A program made the position numbers and the translations under genes. From contig CAWAJW010000018.1 in the NCBI GenBank assembly GCA_963782475.1, positions 10,697 to 74,696 of the forward strand: a stretch of 64,000 nucleotides of DNA, written 5' to 3'. This DNA is from an uncultured Bacteroidota bacterium. Its GTDB lineage: Bacteria > Bacteroidota > Ignavibacteria > Ignavibacteriales > Ignavibacteriaceae. Numbering within the stretch: the first letter of the stretch is position 1; every line of letters begins with the position of its first letter. This document shows positions 63,459 to 64,000 of the stretch, piece after piece. The notes under the pieces were generated by a model, which was not told the DNA's origin, ran no database searches, and worked only from the letters and a program-made list of their open reading frames with translations.

Positions 63459-64000
63459 TCATTTGAATCTCGAGAAATATGCATCTATTTCATCTCGCAA
63501 TTCTATCCCAACTTGTTCAAAACATTCCAACAAATCTTCATAAGCACCTTCACCACCAAGAAAATCCCAGAATTCTTTTGCAACTTTCAACTCATTCTGA
63601 AGATCTATCATTCCCCGCATTGTCCATCTATTATATGGTTCTGGTTCATAAGGATTATAAGGAATAGCAATAATGGTTTGGATGTTTAATCCTGGTTCTG
63701 TTCTAATGCTGCAGCAACCCATTCTAAAAGTGTACGTTTAAATTCCTTGAATCCACCTGCATTTGGTTTGGCTGTTTTGATGTAAAAAGAAAAGTTGTTC
63801 TGTCATAAGCAACAAGTTTGACATCAACTTTAGTGAGTTTAACATTTCTCATTACTCCACTTTGATTCATACTTTTCTTATTGCTTTAATTTCCTCAGGT
63901 TTATTAGGATTAGATTCGGCATTGAAGAATTGACTCATTATGTTTTGAATAACAACAAATGCTTCTGAACTAATTTGTTTTCCTGCAACTTTGTTGAGAA
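63459..64000 (-). pseudogene. TdeIII-like type II restriction endonuclease, C-terminal two-thirds, multiply frameshifted; 5' end outside window
   Basis: Minus-strand pieces in three frames read ..SQFFNAESNPNKPEEIKAIRK / MNQSGVMRNVKLTKVDVKLVAYDRTTFLF / YIKTAKPNAGGFKEFKRTLLEWVAAALE / GLNIQTIIAIPYNPYEPEPYNRWTMRGM...EFWDFLGGEGAYEDLLECFEQVG. The family assignment is from memory of the TdeIII C-terminal pattern. Confidence 0.45.

Overview
AT-rich (roughly one-third G+C by eye) chromosomal segment from an FCB-group bacterium. It looks Ignavibacteria/Bacteroidota-like, based on several proteins ending in T9SS C-terminal sorting domains and a patatin-Omp85 fusion. The window spans the replication-origin neighbourhood. 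gyrA, gyrB, a DUF721 (DciA-like) gene, recF, dnaN and dnaA lie on the minus strand and diverge from rpmH-rnpA-yidD-yidC on the plus strand. DnaA-box clusters sit on both sides of dnaA. Left of this block are housekeeping genes: a PLP decarboxylase, thymidine phosphorylase, aspS, a Mut7-C nuclease, a metallophosphoesterase and hemL. Right of it are a PlpD-like patatin/Omp85 protein and a porin-pstSCAB operon preceded by 11-bp-phased TTAACA repeats (Pho-box-like). These are followed by dCMP deaminase, rhamnulokinase with LutC and LutB/A-like genes, a beta-propeller lipoprotein, BON and DUF1003 proteins, glgP and an SDR. From 44 to 63 kb everything is on the minus strand. First comes a cluster of secreted/T9SS cargo genes: a snapalysin-like HExxHxxGxxD protease, an unknown 348-aa protein, a tail-fibre-like beta-solenoid protein, a GH5 hydrolase and a small CTD protein. 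Next comes a signalling block: Ser/Thr kinase, GAF histidine kinase and NarL regulator, then a flavoprotein, a TPR-LuxR regulator and a 7TM-DISM PP2C phosphatase. The window ends in a degraded TdeIII-like restriction endonuclease. At least 12 reading-frame breaks are visible, including in dnaA and yidC, mostly at short homopolymers. This points to assembly indel errors rather than real gene decay. I found no CRISPR array, rRNA, tRNA, transposase or recognisable complete defence system. The most unexplained content is the tail-fibre-like/348-aa gene pair and the kinase-led signalling operon next to the T9SS cargo genes.
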